Origin: Pirellulales bacterium | Lineage (GTDB): Bacteria > Planctomycetota > Planctomycetia > Pirellulales > PALSA-1355 | Reading direction: 5' to 3' | DNA length: 64,000 nucleotides | Assembly: GCA_963733035.1 (NCBI GenBank) | Contig: CAVTBU010000005.1 | Location: 1,760,001 to 1,824,000 of the forward strand | Part shown: one piece after another, positions 1 through 11,825 of the stretch | How positions within the stretch are numbered: the first letter of the stretch is position 1 | Layout: each line of letters opens with the position of its first letter | The notes under the pieces: model-generated | Seen by the model: the letters and a program-made list of their open reading frames with translations, nothing else | The model's database searches: none | What the model was told of the DNA's origin: nothing | Position numbers and translations under genes: made by a program

Positions 1-418
1 TCGTGACCGTGGTTGACTTGCCATTCGAGCCGCTGACGCCGATCGCGCGTGCACCGCAGCGCTGGAGAAACAGTTCGATCTCCGAAGTAAGTTCTGCTCC
101 GGCAGTGCGTGCGATTTGCAGGCAGGGGTGGTCCGGCCGAACCGCCGGATTCACGACGACGACTTCGGCTGCGCGAAAATCGCGTTCGTCGTGACCGCCG
201 AGGTGTAAGGCGTGAACCGCGACGTCCGCGAGTTGGGCCAGCGATTCGGAAAGGACGTCGGCATTGGCCGTATCGCTAATCGTGACGCGGGCGCCTTGCT
301 GGGCGAGATACCGAGCGGCGCCAAGTCCGCCGCCGTGTCGCCCCAGCCCCATCGCGGTCACATGACGATCGGTCCAGTTCTGTGCGCTGCGAGTCTTGCG
401 AAGTGTGGCCAGTGGCAT
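1..418 (-). CDS. murD: UDP-N-acetylmuramoyl-L-alanine:D-glutamate ligase, 5' part (runs off the window start)
   Basis: Not in the ORF track. Manual minus-strand translation from ATG 418 gives MPLATLRK...VTAMGLGRHGGGLGAARYLAQQGARVTISD...VVVNPAV...TSEIELF...IGVSGSNGKSTT: Rossmann GLG motif plus Mur-ligase P-loop GSNGKST. Confidence 0.9.
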   Translation of the reverse strand, partial: MPLATLRKTRSAQNWTDRHVTAMGLGRHGGGLGAARYLAQQGARVTISDTANADVLSESLAQLADVAVHALHLGGHDERDFRAAEVVVVNPAVRPDHPCLQIARTAGAELTSEIELFLQRCGARAIGVSGSNGKSTTVT

Positions 419-453
419 TGGCTTCCTGCCTTTGCACGCGTTTTGCGACGCGG

Positions 454-1293
454 TCAGTTTGATTCGGCCAGCATCCGCCGTGCGGCCTGCAGCGAGGGTT
501 GCAGTGCGGCGGCCTGCTCGCTGCCGCAGACTTTGAGGTACTGTTCGAGCACCGGCAGCGCTTTTTGCGGCTGACCGAGCCGCAGGTAAACCAGCCCCAG
601 GTCCCGGCGCTCCTGCGGAATCTGTGGCAAGAGCGCCGCCAACCGCTGCTGGACACATAGCAATTGTGGCCAGCACTCGTGCATGGCATGCACGGCCTTG
701 AGGTTTTGTAACACTCGGGCCGCGATATCCAGCGGCGCCGCTGCCCGAAAATGTTCGCGGCCAAGCGATCCCTTCTTACCGATCGCTTGTTCGATCCGGC
801 ATTTGCACTGGTCCAGTTCCAACACGTCGCCGTGGTTGAACGGATCGACGAACATCGCCTCGCCGTTGCCGCAGCAGGCCCCCACGACGAAATGTCCGGG
901 CGTGTTGACGCCAAACATTTTTAGTCCTGACCTCCCAGCGACGGCCATGTAGAGGATGCCAAGAGAAATTGGGATGCCGCAGCGCCTCTCCAGCACATCG
1001 TTTAGGTAGCTGTTTTGGGGTTCGTAATACGTTTCGCGATTACCGTGAAAACCCTCCAATTCATAGAGCATCCGACTGATGGCGACGAGCCGCTCACGGA
1101 CATCGCAACAACCGTGGCGCTCGACCTGATCGTGACAAGCGACGCGCAACCGATCGATTTCCATCAAGCAACCGACGCGATCGAGGCACGGATAGGCGTC
1201 TTCGGCCACCTCGAGCATGAAATGCACGAGGTCGATTTCGGACCGCCCGGCGATCAATTTGGCAAATTCGCAGTTCGGTTCGTATTGCGACAT
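454..1293 (-). CDS. SirB1-like / transglutaminase-like (Transglut_core2) protein with C-terminal TPR
   Basis: GFHGNRETYYEPQNSYLNDVLERRCGIPISL, GVNTPGHF, FVDPFNHG, ERRDLGL motifs. Start taken at MSQYEPN (ATG 1293). Confidence 0.8.
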   Translation of the reverse strand: MSQYEPNCEFAKLIAGRSEIDLVHFMLEVAEDAYPCLDRVGCLMEIDRLRVACHDQVERHGCCDVRERLVAISRMLYELEGFHGNRETYYEPQNSYLNDVLERRCGIPISLGILYMAVAGRSGLKMFGVNTPGHFVVGACCGNGEAMFVDPFNHGDVLELDQCKCRIEQAIGKKGSLGREHFRAAAPLDIAARVLQNLKAVHAMHECWPQLLCVQQRLAALLPQIPQERRDLGLVYLRLGQPQKALPVLEQYLKVCGSEQAAALQPSLQAARRMLAESN

Positions 1294-1700
1294 CGGGAGC
1301 GCGTGAGCCGGGGGGCGAGCACCAGCGGGAGTGCCGGGGAGGTTTCGTCGAGCCAATTCTAGGGTCGGCCCCTGGTAGCGGCAATTGAGAATCCCCGTCG
1401 GCGGCGGATCGCAATCGCCAATGGCTCGCACCGCCACGTTACGAGGATGCGTCGATGGCATCTTGACAGCAACTGGCTGGCTGACAACGGTCGCCTGGTT
1501 TTGACACAAATTGACGGGAAAATGCCCTGATTTGCCGGGAGTGTCGGCCTTTGTGAAAGTACCCGCAGCCGCTATCATTGCGGGGGTCTCATGCCGCGAT
1601 CGCGGTCCGCGCTGGCATTATGGTTCTTGCGCGACGGTCGCGGCTTCGACCTCTTTGCCGCCCCACCAAGTAGTGCGGCACTTCCAATGAAAGACACGCA

Positions 1701-3121
1701 ATGAGCGAGTTCCGTACCGAGCGCGATTCGATGGGGGACGTTCAGGTCCCCGCCAAAGCCTATTACGGCGCGCAAACCCAGCGCGCCAAAGACAACTTTC
1801 CCATCTCCGGCTGGCCGTTGCCCCCCGCGCTCATTCACGCGTTGGGCCAGGTGAAATACGCCGCCGCAGTGGCCAATCGCGATCTCGGAAAACTCACCGG
1901 CTCGGGTAAGAACCCACTGAAGGACGAGCAGGTCAAGGCACTGCTCGACGCCACCCGCGAGGTGGCCTCCGGCAAGCTCGACGACCAATTCCCCATCGAC
2001 GTGTTTCAGACCGGCTCGGGCACCTCCAGCAATATGAACGCCAACGAGGTGATTTCCAATCGAGCCATTGAATTGATCGGCGGCGATCGGTTCCAGGCCG
2101 ACAAGCCGATCCATCCGAACGATCACGTCAACATGGGGCAGAGCACCAACGACATGTTCCCCACGGCGATCCACGTCGCCGTCGCGCAGTCGATCAAGCA
2201 GGAGCTGGTTCCCGAACTCCAGCGGCTGCAAAAGGCTTTGGCCGACAAGGCGAAGCAGTGGGACGCGATTATCAAGATCGGCCGTACGCACCTGGCCGAC
2301 GCGACGCCGATTCGGCTGGGCCAGGAGTTTAGCGGCTATGCCCGGCAGCTCGAACTTTCCGTGGAGCGCGCCAGGGCGCGATCAAGGCCGTGCTCGAATT
2401 GCCCGCTGGTGGCACCGCTGTCGGCACCGGGATCAACACACACCCGGAATTCGGCGAGCGCGTCGCCGCGGTGCTGGCCAACGAGACGGGCATTCCATTC
2501 GTCGAAGCGGCAAACCATTTTGAGGGAAACGCCAATCGCGACGGCTTGGTATCGTGTAGCGGCGACCTGCGGACGATTGCGGTCACGCTGTTCAACATGT
2601 CGAACAACATTCGCTGGCTGGGCAGTGGCCCGCGCTGTGGCTTTTATGAAATCAAGCTGCCCGATCGCCAGCCGGGCTCGTCGATCATGCCGGGCAAAGT
2701 GAACCCCGTAATGTGCGAAAGCATGATGCAGGTTTGTGCTCGCGTGATCGGCAACGACCAGGCCTTGGCCTTCGCCGGGGCCACGGGTGGCAACTTTGAA
2801 CTGAACATCATGATGCCGATGATGGGTACCACGGCGCTTGAGTCCGTCCATTTGCTGGCCAGTTGCACGCGGGCGTTCGTCGACTTTTGCGCGCTAGACA
2901 TGCAGGCCAATGCCGAAGCCTGCGAGGCCGCCGTGGAGGGCAGCTTGGCAATGGTCACGAGCCTCAACCCGCACATTGGCTACGAAAAGGCCGCGGCCCT
3001 GGCCAAGGAAGCATTTAAGACGGGCAAGACGATTCGGCAATTGTGCCGGGAGCAAAAGATCCTGCCCGATGACGTCCTGAACGAAGCCCTCGATCCGAGG
3101 CGGATGACTGAACCACATTAG
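1701..3121 (+). CDS. fumC: Class II fumarate hydratase / aspartase superfamily enzyme, apparent frameshift near 2378
   Basis: FRTERDSMG, QTGSGTSSNMNANEV, GRTHLADA in ORF 1701-2702; GSSIMPGKVNP signature in ORF 2390-3121. One missing base near 2378 joins them. Confidence 0.85.
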
Positions 3122-3123
3122 AA

Positions 3124-3196
3124 AAGGCGGAAGTCAGCGGGATGAGGAATGAGAGAGACTTTTCAAACTCATCCTTCCCACGGCTGACTTCGCCTT
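3124..3196. terminator. Long imperfect hairpin after fumC (terminator-like or small intergenic repeat)
   Basis: AAGGCG(G)AAGTCAGC pairs with GCTGACTTCGCCTT, with inner GGATGAG/CTCATCC pairing. No clear U-tract. Confidence 0.45.
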
Positions 3197-3235
3197 AACG
3201 AAAAATCTCTCCTCTCGCGAACAAGGAGGTTCACG

Positions 3236-4882
3236 ATGATGGCACGATGGCAGCGAATTTTAGTGCCCACGCTGGTCGCGATGGCTGTAGGCTGGGGAAT
3301 CACGCAAAGCAGGGGCGAGGGACCCACGCACCTGGTACCGTTTCCGGAAGACGCCGCCGAGCAGGCTGCCAAGCCGAAACCGGTCAAGCCGGCACCGCCC
3401 AAGTCGGATTTCCAGCCGCGGTTCCGTGCGCCGAATCTGAAACCCGCCGAGCCGTTGGAACCCGTGGCGAAACAAGACAGCGCCGTGGTTCCTGCCAGCG
3501 CCAGCGAGCCCGTCTCCGAAGAGCCCACCGAGGCGATCCCCCTGGAGGACGCTCCGGCAGGCGAAAGCGCGGCCGAAACAGAGGCCAACGAAGGGCCGCA
3601 ACTGTTGCCGGCGGCCGAACCCGTCGACCCCGGCGCGCTTGCAGGTCGCGAGGCTCTCAACGAAGCCTATACGCGCAGCAAAGTGGCTTCGTCCGAAAGC
3701 GACTACACCACCATCATCGCGCTATGCGAGCGTGGCAAGCGAGGCGTCGCCAAACGGTATCAAGACTACGCCGAGCAATTGATGGGCTGGGCTTACAACC
3801 GCCGCGGCGAAGCCCGCGCCAAGGTCGGCGACGAGATACAGGCTCTCACCGATTTCGAAACGGCGGTGCGACTGAGCGGCGCCTGGCGGGCGATTCACAA
3901 TCGCGGCGTCAGCTATGCCGCGGCGGGTCGCATGGAAGAGGCGCTGGCCGATTTTCAGCGGACGATCGAGCTCAATCCCCGCTATCCCAACGCCTATTAC
4001 AACCGCGGCGAGCTCCTCTATCGACAGCAGAACTATCCCGGTGCCATCGAGGACTACAGCATGGCGCTCGAGCTGGGAAAACCCGACGCCACCACCTACA
4101 ACAATCGCGGCCATGCATTCTATCGCATTCAACGATTCGGCGACGCGCTGCGCGACTACGGCGAGGCGATCAAGCTCGACCCGACCAATCCCGACCCGCT
4201 GATCAATCGGGGTGACACGAACAGCGATCTGGGACAGTACGGTGAAGCGGCGGCCGACTACCGAGCCGCCGTGCAGATCGCGCCCGAGTTGGGCCGCGCG
4301 TTTCAAGCGGCCGCCTGGCTGATGGCCACTTGTCCCGATTCGCATTATCGCGACGAGAAGCTGGCGGTCGACGCGGCCAACCGCGCGATCGAACTCGACG
4401 GACCGACGTTCCGGAACCTGACGACACTGGCCGCCGCCCAGGCGAGCGCCGGTCAGTTCGATGCCGCCAAGTCCACGCAGGAGCAGGCGATCGCCGTCGC
4501 TCCCCAAGAGCAAGTTGTCACCGGCGAAAAGATGATGGCGCTTTACCAGCGTGAGATCGCGTTCCGCGACCGTCCGATCACCTCATTCAGCACACCTGAA
4601 GAAACTCCCGAATCAGAAATTCGCCAGGCCGCGGTCAATGAGTTCTTGGACAAGATCATGCCTTCGAAGCGGGCTTTTTTTCACGGTTCGGAATCGAACC
4701 CGCGGCAACCCGCCCAGGCAAAGCCGGCTCCCGCCGGGCAGTACGACGGTCGCTATAGCGCGCCGCCGCGGCAATTGCCGTCTGCGAGCCGTCCATCGCA
4801 GCAGGACCAACGACAGCCAGCCGCCGAGCCGCAACAAGAGCAGCAGCGCACGCGGCTGTTTGGGCCGAAGGGGCGAATCTAG
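3236..4882 (+). CDS. Secreted tetratricopeptide-repeat protein
   Basis: N-terminal hydrophobic signal, Pro/Glu-rich linker, several AYNRRG/HNRG/YYNRG/NNRG TPR units; AAGGAGG RBS upstream. Confidence 0.85.
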   Translation: MMARWQRILVPTLVAMAVGWGITQSRGEGPTHLVPFPEDAAEQAAKPKPVKPAPPKSDFQPRFRAPNLKPAEPLEPVAKQDSAVVPASASEPVSEEPTEAIPLEDAPAGESAAETEANEGPQLLPAAEPVDPGALAGREALNEAYTRSKVASSESDYTTIIALCERGKRGVAKRYQDYAEQLMGWAYNRRGEARAKVGDEIQALTDFETAVRLSGAWRAIHNRGVSYAAAGRMEEALADFQRTIELNPRYPNAYYNRGELLYRQQNYPGAIEDYSMALELGKPDATTYNNRGHAFYRIQRFGDALRDYGEAIKLDPTNPDPLINRGDTNSDLGQYGEAAADYRAAVQIAPELGRAFQAAAWLMATCPDSHYRDEKLAVDAANRAIELDGPTFRNLTTLAAAQASAGQFDAAKSTQEQAIAVAPQEQVVTGEKMMALYQREIAFRDRPITSFSTPEETPESEIRQAAVNEFLDKIMPSKRAFFHGSESNPRQPAQAKPAPAGQYDGRYSAPPRQLPSASRPSQQDQRQPAAEPQQEQQRTRLFGPKGRI

Positions 4883-5037
4883 CGCCGGGTCCGACCGTCG
4901 AACAGAGCCCCGTCGCCAGGAGCTAGATCAAAAAATCGCGGAGTCGGGTAGGACTTTCCTCCCGGCCCCGTTGTTGTCGGCGCAGCCACGTCGCTAGCAC
5001 TTTCCCTTGATCCCTGGCGGCTACCTTGGCATATTGA

Positions 5038-5053
5038 CTGTACATCTATCTAG
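5038..5053. promoter_or_regulatory. SOS-box-like imperfect palindrome CTGTACATCTATCTAG
   Basis: AT-rich CTGT-N8-CTAG, close to the CTGT-N8-ACAG pattern, 65 bp upstream of an RmuC-like gene. Confidence 0.35.
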
Positions 5054-5117
5054 TACGGTCGGATCCGTGAGCGGGACGCACGTGGCCCGCGGATTTCTCC
5101 CCCAGCAGGAGGTCGTC

Positions 5118-6722
5118 ATGGCAGGCGTGGTGGGTCGCAAACTGGAGCACGAGGGACTGCTGTTTTCCACCGACGGGGACGACTCGCTCGAATCGCTCGA
5201 ACTGCACCTGACGGTCACCGACCGCGACTCGATCGACGATCTGGCCAGTTTCGCCGACGGCGACGAGCGCGAGCAATTTGCCCTCAACGCTTTGCGCATC
5301 GGCATTCTGGCGCTCCGTCAGGCGCGGGGGCGAATCGATGCCGACCTGATCCAGCGCGAAACCCAGCGCATGCTATCGGCGCTTCAATCGCAACTGTCGG
5401 CGCACACCTCGCAAACCCACGAAAAGCTATCCGGCTCGCTGAAAGAGTATTTCGACCCGGCCAGCGGGCGGTTTCAGGAGCGTGTGCAGCAACTCATCAA
5501 ACACGATGGCGAGCTCGAACAGCTGTTGCGCCGGCAAATCGGTGGCGAGGACTCGGAGCTTTGCAAAACGCTGGTTGCCCACGTCGGACAACAAAGTCCG
5601 CTGATGAAGCTGCTCAGCCCAAACGAATCGCAGGGGCTGCTCTCGGCGCTCAAGCAGACAGTTGAAGCGCAATTGACCAGCCAGCGCGATCACGTGCTGC
5701 GAGAGTTCTCGCTCGACAACAAGGAAGGCGCCCTGGCCCGCATGGTCGGTGAACTGACCAACAGCCACGGCCAACTGACCGAGGCGTTGGAAAAGAAGAT
5801 CGGCGTGGTGATCGAGGAGTTTTCGCTCGACAAGGAAGACTCCGCGCTGAATCGCCTGGTGCGAAACGTCGATCGCGCGCAGTCAACCATCACCCGTGAG
5901 TTCTCGCTCGACGATGAAGCGTCGGCGCTGGCCCGCCTGCGCCGCGAGCTGCTCGCCCTGCTCAAGGAACAAACGCAAACCAACACGCAGTTCCAGGAAG
6001 AGGTGAAAGTCGCCCTCGGCAAGATGATGGCGCGTCGCGAGGAATCGCAGCGGTCCACACAACACGGCCTGGTTTTCGAAGATGCCGTGTGCAGTTTCCT
6101 CGAGTACCATGCGCAGCAATCCGGCGACATTGCTTCGCGCACCGGTCAAACCACCGGATTGATCAAGAACAGCAAGGTCGGCGATTGCGTCGTCGAGCTG
6201 GGTCCCGATAGTGCGGCCGCGGGGGCAAAAATCGTCGTCGAGGCCAAGCAGCACGCCGACTACAACCTGGCGAAGGCCCGGGCCGAAATCGAAACTGCCC
6301 GCAAAAACCGCGACGCTCAGGTGGGCCTGTTCGTGTTTTCCAAACAGTGCGCGCCGGAATGCTTGGAGGAAGTGTCTCGCACTGGCAGCGACGTGTTCGT
6401 CGTCTGGGATCCAGAGGACGCGGCAACAAACCTGCATTTGAAAATCGGCTTGACGCTGGCCCGGGCACTGTGCATTCGCGTCGAACAACAGCAGCAATCG
6501 CAAACCGCCGATTTCGAGGCGATCACTGCCGCGATTCTGGAAATCGAAAAGCAGGCGCAACTGCTGAGCGAAGCCAGCAAATACGGCGAGACGATCAAAT
6601 CGGGGGCCGACAAGATTCTGGAACGCGTGCGCAGAACCCGCAATTCCCTGGAACGCCAGGTCGCGATCCTCAACGAGCGGATTGGCGATTTGAAATCCCT
6701 CGGCGGGTCCACGCCATCCTAA
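5118..6722 (+). CDS. Coiled-coil protein with C-terminal PD-(D/E)xK nuclease-like domain (RmuC/DUF2130-like)
   Basis: AGGAGG RBS before ATG 5118; long helical region; HGLVFED...KVGDCVV...IVVEAK pattern (E...D...ExK). Confidence 0.6.
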   Translation: MAGVVGRKLEHEGLLFSTDGDDSLESLELHLTVTDRDSIDDLASFADGDEREQFALNALRIGILALRQARGRIDADLIQRETQRMLSALQSQLSAHTSQTHEKLSGSLKEYFDPASGRFQERVQQLIKHDGELEQLLRRQIGGEDSELCKTLVAHVGQQSPLMKLLSPNESQGLLSALKQTVEAQLTSQRDHVLREFSLDNKEGALARMVGELTNSHGQLTEALEKKIGVVIEEFSLDKEDSALNRLVRNVDRAQSTITREFSLDDEASALARLRRELLALLKEQTQTNTQFQEEVKVALGKMMARREESQRSTQHGLVFEDAVCSFLEYHAQQSGDIASRTGQTTGLIKNSKVGDCVVELGPDSAAAGAKIVVEAKQHADYNLAKARAEIETARKNRDAQVGLFVFSKQCAPECLEEVSRTGSDVFVVWDPEDAATNLHLKIGLTLARALCIRVEQQQQSQTADFEAITAAILEIEKQAQLLSEASKYGETIKSGADKILERVRRTRNSLERQVAILNERIGDLKSLGGSTPS

Positions 6723-6733
6723 TCAGGCCGGCC

Positions 6734-7207
6734 CTACTTCAACGCCGCGTATCCGCTGCGGAAATATACGAGCGGCTTGCCTTCCTGGATCCGCGTGCTG
6801 CCGACTTCGCCGACCACGATCGTGTGATCTCCACCGGGGAGCAGGTCGACCACCTTGCATTCGATCGCACAAATCGCGTCCTGAATGAGCGGCGCCCCGG
6901 CCGGACCAGGCGCGTAGCCCACTTCGCGAAACTGGTCGGGCTCGCTGGAGGCGAACCGCCGCGAAACGTTCTCCTGACTCTCGGCCAGGATGTTGACGGC
7001 AAAGGCGCGATCTTTCTGGAACGTGTCGTGCAGTTTGGCTCGCTTGTCAATGCAAACGAGCACCAGCGGCGGATCGAGCGACAGCGAACTGAAGGCGGTC
7101 ACCGTGATGCCCGCCGGCGAGCCGTCCTCGCCAGCGGTCGTGACGACCGTAACGGCGGCGGCGAAGTGACCCAGGGCCTGGCGAAACTCTGCTTTTTCGA
7201 CGGGCAT
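6734..7207 (-). CDS. Flavin reductase family protein
   Basis: FRQALGHFAAAVTVVT, FSSLSLDPPLVLVC, GGDHTIVVGEV, PLVYFRSGY. Confidence 0.92.
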   Translation of the reverse strand: MPVEKAEFRQALGHFAAAVTVVTTAGEDGSPAGITVTAFSSLSLDPPLVLVCIDKRAKLHDTFQKDRAFAVNILAESQENVSRRFASSEPDQFREVGYAPGPAGAPLIQDAICAIECKVVDLLPGGDHTIVVGEVGSTRIQEGKPLVYFRSGYAALK

Positions 7208-7415
7208 TGTCTACTCCCTCTGTACGCAATCCACGGACGGGCTTCACTAGCGACGACTGGCATCGAGGATACCGAAATTGCGCGCGCGCGCCAGCCCCGC
7301 TGCGGTTGCCGTGGACGGGCATTTTGCCAATCTCGGGGTGCGTTGGAACGCGCAATAAATGACTGTAAGTGATCTGTCTGTAACGACTTGTCGCTGGCGG
7401 CGCTGGCGCCGTTGC

Positions 7416-7443
7416 TTGACAGGTAGACAGCGGAACCTATAAC
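7416..7443 (+). promoter_or_regulatory. Sigma70-type promoter
   Basis: TTGACA-N16-TATAAC in an intergenic region. Confidence 0.5.
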
Positions 7444-7744
7444 GACCCTAACGATTACAGGAAGCTTATCGATTGCAAAGAATGGAGATCGAGCGTGACG
7501 CGGCAGCGTTTCTACGGCGCTTCAGAGCGCACCCCGGAAGTCTCGGATCACGAGGCTGCGGGTTTTTTCGCGAGCCGACAAGCTCGCCGTGCCTTCCCCT
7601 GGCGCGAAGCTGCCCCCCAGCCCGTTGGGCTGTTCGTTCTAGGACCTTGCTGGTCGAAATCTGCGGCCCGGTGCAGTTGGGCCTTCATATAGCGATGGCT
7701 CGAAAACGTTGTGGTTAAATTTTTTGTTTTGGAAGGAGAATGCG

Positions 7745-8116
7745 ATGAGAGGAAAGTTTGGGCTCGCCGTTTTACTTTTGGCCGCCGCCGCGTGGATGGT
7801 TGCCGAGAGCCAGTCGTACGCCGGGGGTCATCGGCGTCGCGCGCGTTGCGGCGGTTGCCATAGCGCTTGTTCCACCGGCTGCGCTCCGGCCAGTTCGGGT
7901 TGTTGCACGGCCGCCCCGGCCGGCGAAACAGCTCCTGCGCCGCCAGCCCCTCCGGCCCCGGCCGCACCCAGCCCGTCGGACGCGGCTTCGTCGGATGGAG
8001 CTTCGGCCGCAGCCGCAAGCGAAGCTCCCGAGGCCGCCCAGGTGACCTCGAGCCCCAACCAGCGCGTGTACTATTCCGCTGGCCGCCGGGCACGTCGCGG
8101 TTGGTTCCGTCGTTAA
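7745..8116 (+). CDS. Small secreted Cys/Pro/Ala-rich protein
   Basis: AAGGAG RBS; signal peptide MRGKFGLAVLLLAAAAW; CGGCHSACSTGC..CC cluster; PAPPAP linker; Arg-rich tail; terminator follows. Confidence 0.65.
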   Translation: MRGKFGLAVLLLAAAAWMVAESQSYAGGHRRRARCGGCHSACSTGCAPASSGCCTAAPAGETAPAPPAPPAPAAPSPSDAASSDGASAAAASEAPEAAQVTSSPNQRVYYSAGRRARRGWFRR

Positions 8117-8139
8117 ACGTCGGATCGATTCGTTCGAAT

Positions 8140-8177
8140 CGCGAGCCGGGGCCCGCTACCCCGGCTCGCGTTGTTTT
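8140..8177 (+). terminator. Intrinsic terminator
   Basis: CGCGAGCCGGGG / CCCCGGCTCGCG 12-bp stem followed by TTGTTTT. Confidence 0.75.
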
Positions 8178-8246
8178 GCGCGCGCCAGGCCATGCTCGGC
8201 ATCCGGGTAGTGTCCTATGAGTGAGTTGGTCGAAGGGAAGCTGCGG

Positions 8247-8534
8247 CTAGGGCCGGTGATTGACTGCCTTGAAAAGAAGAAATGCACCTAGCAGAAGTAC
8301 CAATGCTGGGGCTACAAACAGCCCAGTCGCGAATGCAGGCTCCATGTGCCTCTCTTCGATCATCTTCATATTCTCTTTGATGCCGCAAAATGCCGCAAAG
8401 GCCGCCAGTAAGGAACCGGCTAAATAGCCTTTGTGCATTCCATCAAGCCCTATTCTCCAGCCGCGCAGGAGCGATTTGGCTTTAGCCTTATCTGGTTCGT
8501 TTGGGGGACGATATGGATTATTGTCATCACTCAT
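8247..8534 (-). CDS. Small membrane protein with two TM segments, in a lower-GC patch
   Basis: 95-aa ORF with an NPY-x-PP N-terminus and two hydrophobic segments. Confidence 0.55.
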   Translation of the reverse strand: MSDDNNPYRPPNEPDKAKAKSLLRGWRIGLDGMHKGYLAGSLLAAFAAFCGIKENMKMIEERHMEPAFATGLFVAPALVLLLGAFLLFKAVNHRP

Positions 8535-8625
8535 TTCGTCATCCTTAACAACTGCGATTAGGGGCGTGAACTCTCGTGGCCCCGATTCTACCGCGCATGA
8601 AAAAGCCCCGGCAGAGGAATCGTGG

Positions 8626-8826
8626 CTAACTGGGAGGACCGCCGAATCCTTTCATTCTTGGCTGATCTTGCGCCCGCTTGACTTGAGCTCTGATCCATAC
8701 TGCGAAAGAATCCGACGGAAGCCTATATAGCCCTTGCTTGTCCGGATGCGGAAGAATGATCTGCTTACTCTTAAGCGCCTGAAGTGCATTGGTCAAAGTC
8801 GTATCCTTGAGTCCCGTTGCGGCCAA
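8626..8826 (-). pseudogene. Probable 3' remnant of a gene with a C-terminal winged-helix-like segment
   Basis: TGLKDTTLTNALQALKSKQII...GLYRLPSDSFAVWIR reads like real protein, but has no convincing start or N-terminal part; lower GC than the flanks. Confidence 0.4.
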
Positions 8827-9004
8827 GCAGCGTGTAAAATGACCCGACCAGCGGCCATCCGTGACCTAGGACACTACCGGCATCCGGGCTCCCGGGACAA
8901 CTCGGACGTTGAGTTGTACAATAGCGCAGCTTTACCGGCTCAGCAGGCACGTGGCCAAGGGCGCGCCGCGACCGGCACTGGCGTTTATGGTTTCAGGGTG
9001 GTGC

Positions 9005-10932
<1,928 letters not shown>

Positions 10933-10967
10933 CCGGCCGAATTCGTCGCGGCCGTGCAAGCCGGCCG

Positions 10968-11825
10968 CTATCCGGCGGCGAACCGCGAGGCGACGAGTTC
11001 CAGCACCTGGCGCGTAATCTCGCCTTGTCGTTCGCGTCGTTCCAGATCCGACAGCGAATTGAGCATCTTTTCCGTATTGCGCGTGGCGCCATCCATGGCC
11101 GTTAACCGGCTCGCCTGCTCGCTGGCAAACGATTCTGCCGCGATCCGATAGAGGCGGATGAAGGCATATTGGCTGATCAGCCCAACCAACAAATCCGCGG
11201 CGGGCAATTGCAGGTCGTAGGAAGTTTGCAAGGGCGCGGACGACTCTCGCAAGGCCGCCCAGTCGATGGGCAGAATCTGCTCCTCGGTTGGCACTTGCTC
11301 GCTGATCGACTGATACCGATTGTAGATGGCCCGCAGCGTTCCAAGCTGGCCGGTGGCAATCTGTTCGTCGACGATGGCCGCCAGCCGCTTCACGACGTCT
11401 CGCAGTCCGTGTACGGAAGTGGCCGCCGGTTCGGTCGCAACCGGAACGACGCCGCGAGCCGCCAGTTGCCGGGCGCCGCGATGGCCGACGACAACCAGCT
11501 GCGCTTCGCCCTCCCCTTGCAGTTCCCGCAGACGGCGCTCGGTCAGAGCCAGCACGTCCTGGTTGAAGGCCCCGCAGAAGGGTTGCTCGGAAGTCAGCAC
11601 GAGCACGAGTGTGCGGTGGCCCGGGCCCTGCAAGCAGACTGGCTCGGCCGAGTCAGCGGTTACGACGCGAATGGACCGCAAGACGACGTCTTCGAAGCGC
11701 CTCGAACTGGCCAGGGCCCGCTGTGCACTTTGAATCCGGCCGGCGGCGATGGCCCGCATCGCGCCCACGATATCGTGGATCGTGGCCACGGCATGTCTTC
11801 GCCGTTGCGTTTCCTGCAGTGTCAT
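10968..11825 (-). CDS. atpG: N-type ATPase gamma subunit
   Basis: IVGAMRAIAA, SEQPFCGAFN, SEQASRLTAMDGATRN, RQGEITRQVLEL. Confidence 0.92.
   Translation of the reverse strand: MTLQETQRRRHAVATIHDIVGAMRAIAAGRIQSAQRALASSRRFEDVVLRSIRVVTADSAEPVCLQGPGHRTLVLVLTSEQPFCGAFNQDVLALTERRLRELQGEGEAQLVVVGHRGARQLAARGVVPVATEPAATSVHGLRDVVKRLAAIVDEQIATGQLGTLRAIYNRYQSISEQVPTEEQILPIDWAALRESSAPLQTSYDLQLPAADLLVGLISQYAFIRLYRIAAESFASEQASRLTAMDGATRNTEKMLNSLSDLERRERQGEITRQVLELVASRFAAG

Noticed and set aside
2370..2400. Programmed frameshifting in fumC, hemE or the atp genes
   Set aside because: No slippery heptamers seen; sequencing error is the simpler explanation.
7365..7390. GTAAGT...ACTTG dif/Xer-like site
   Set aside because: Weak single match with no recombinase or second copy seen.
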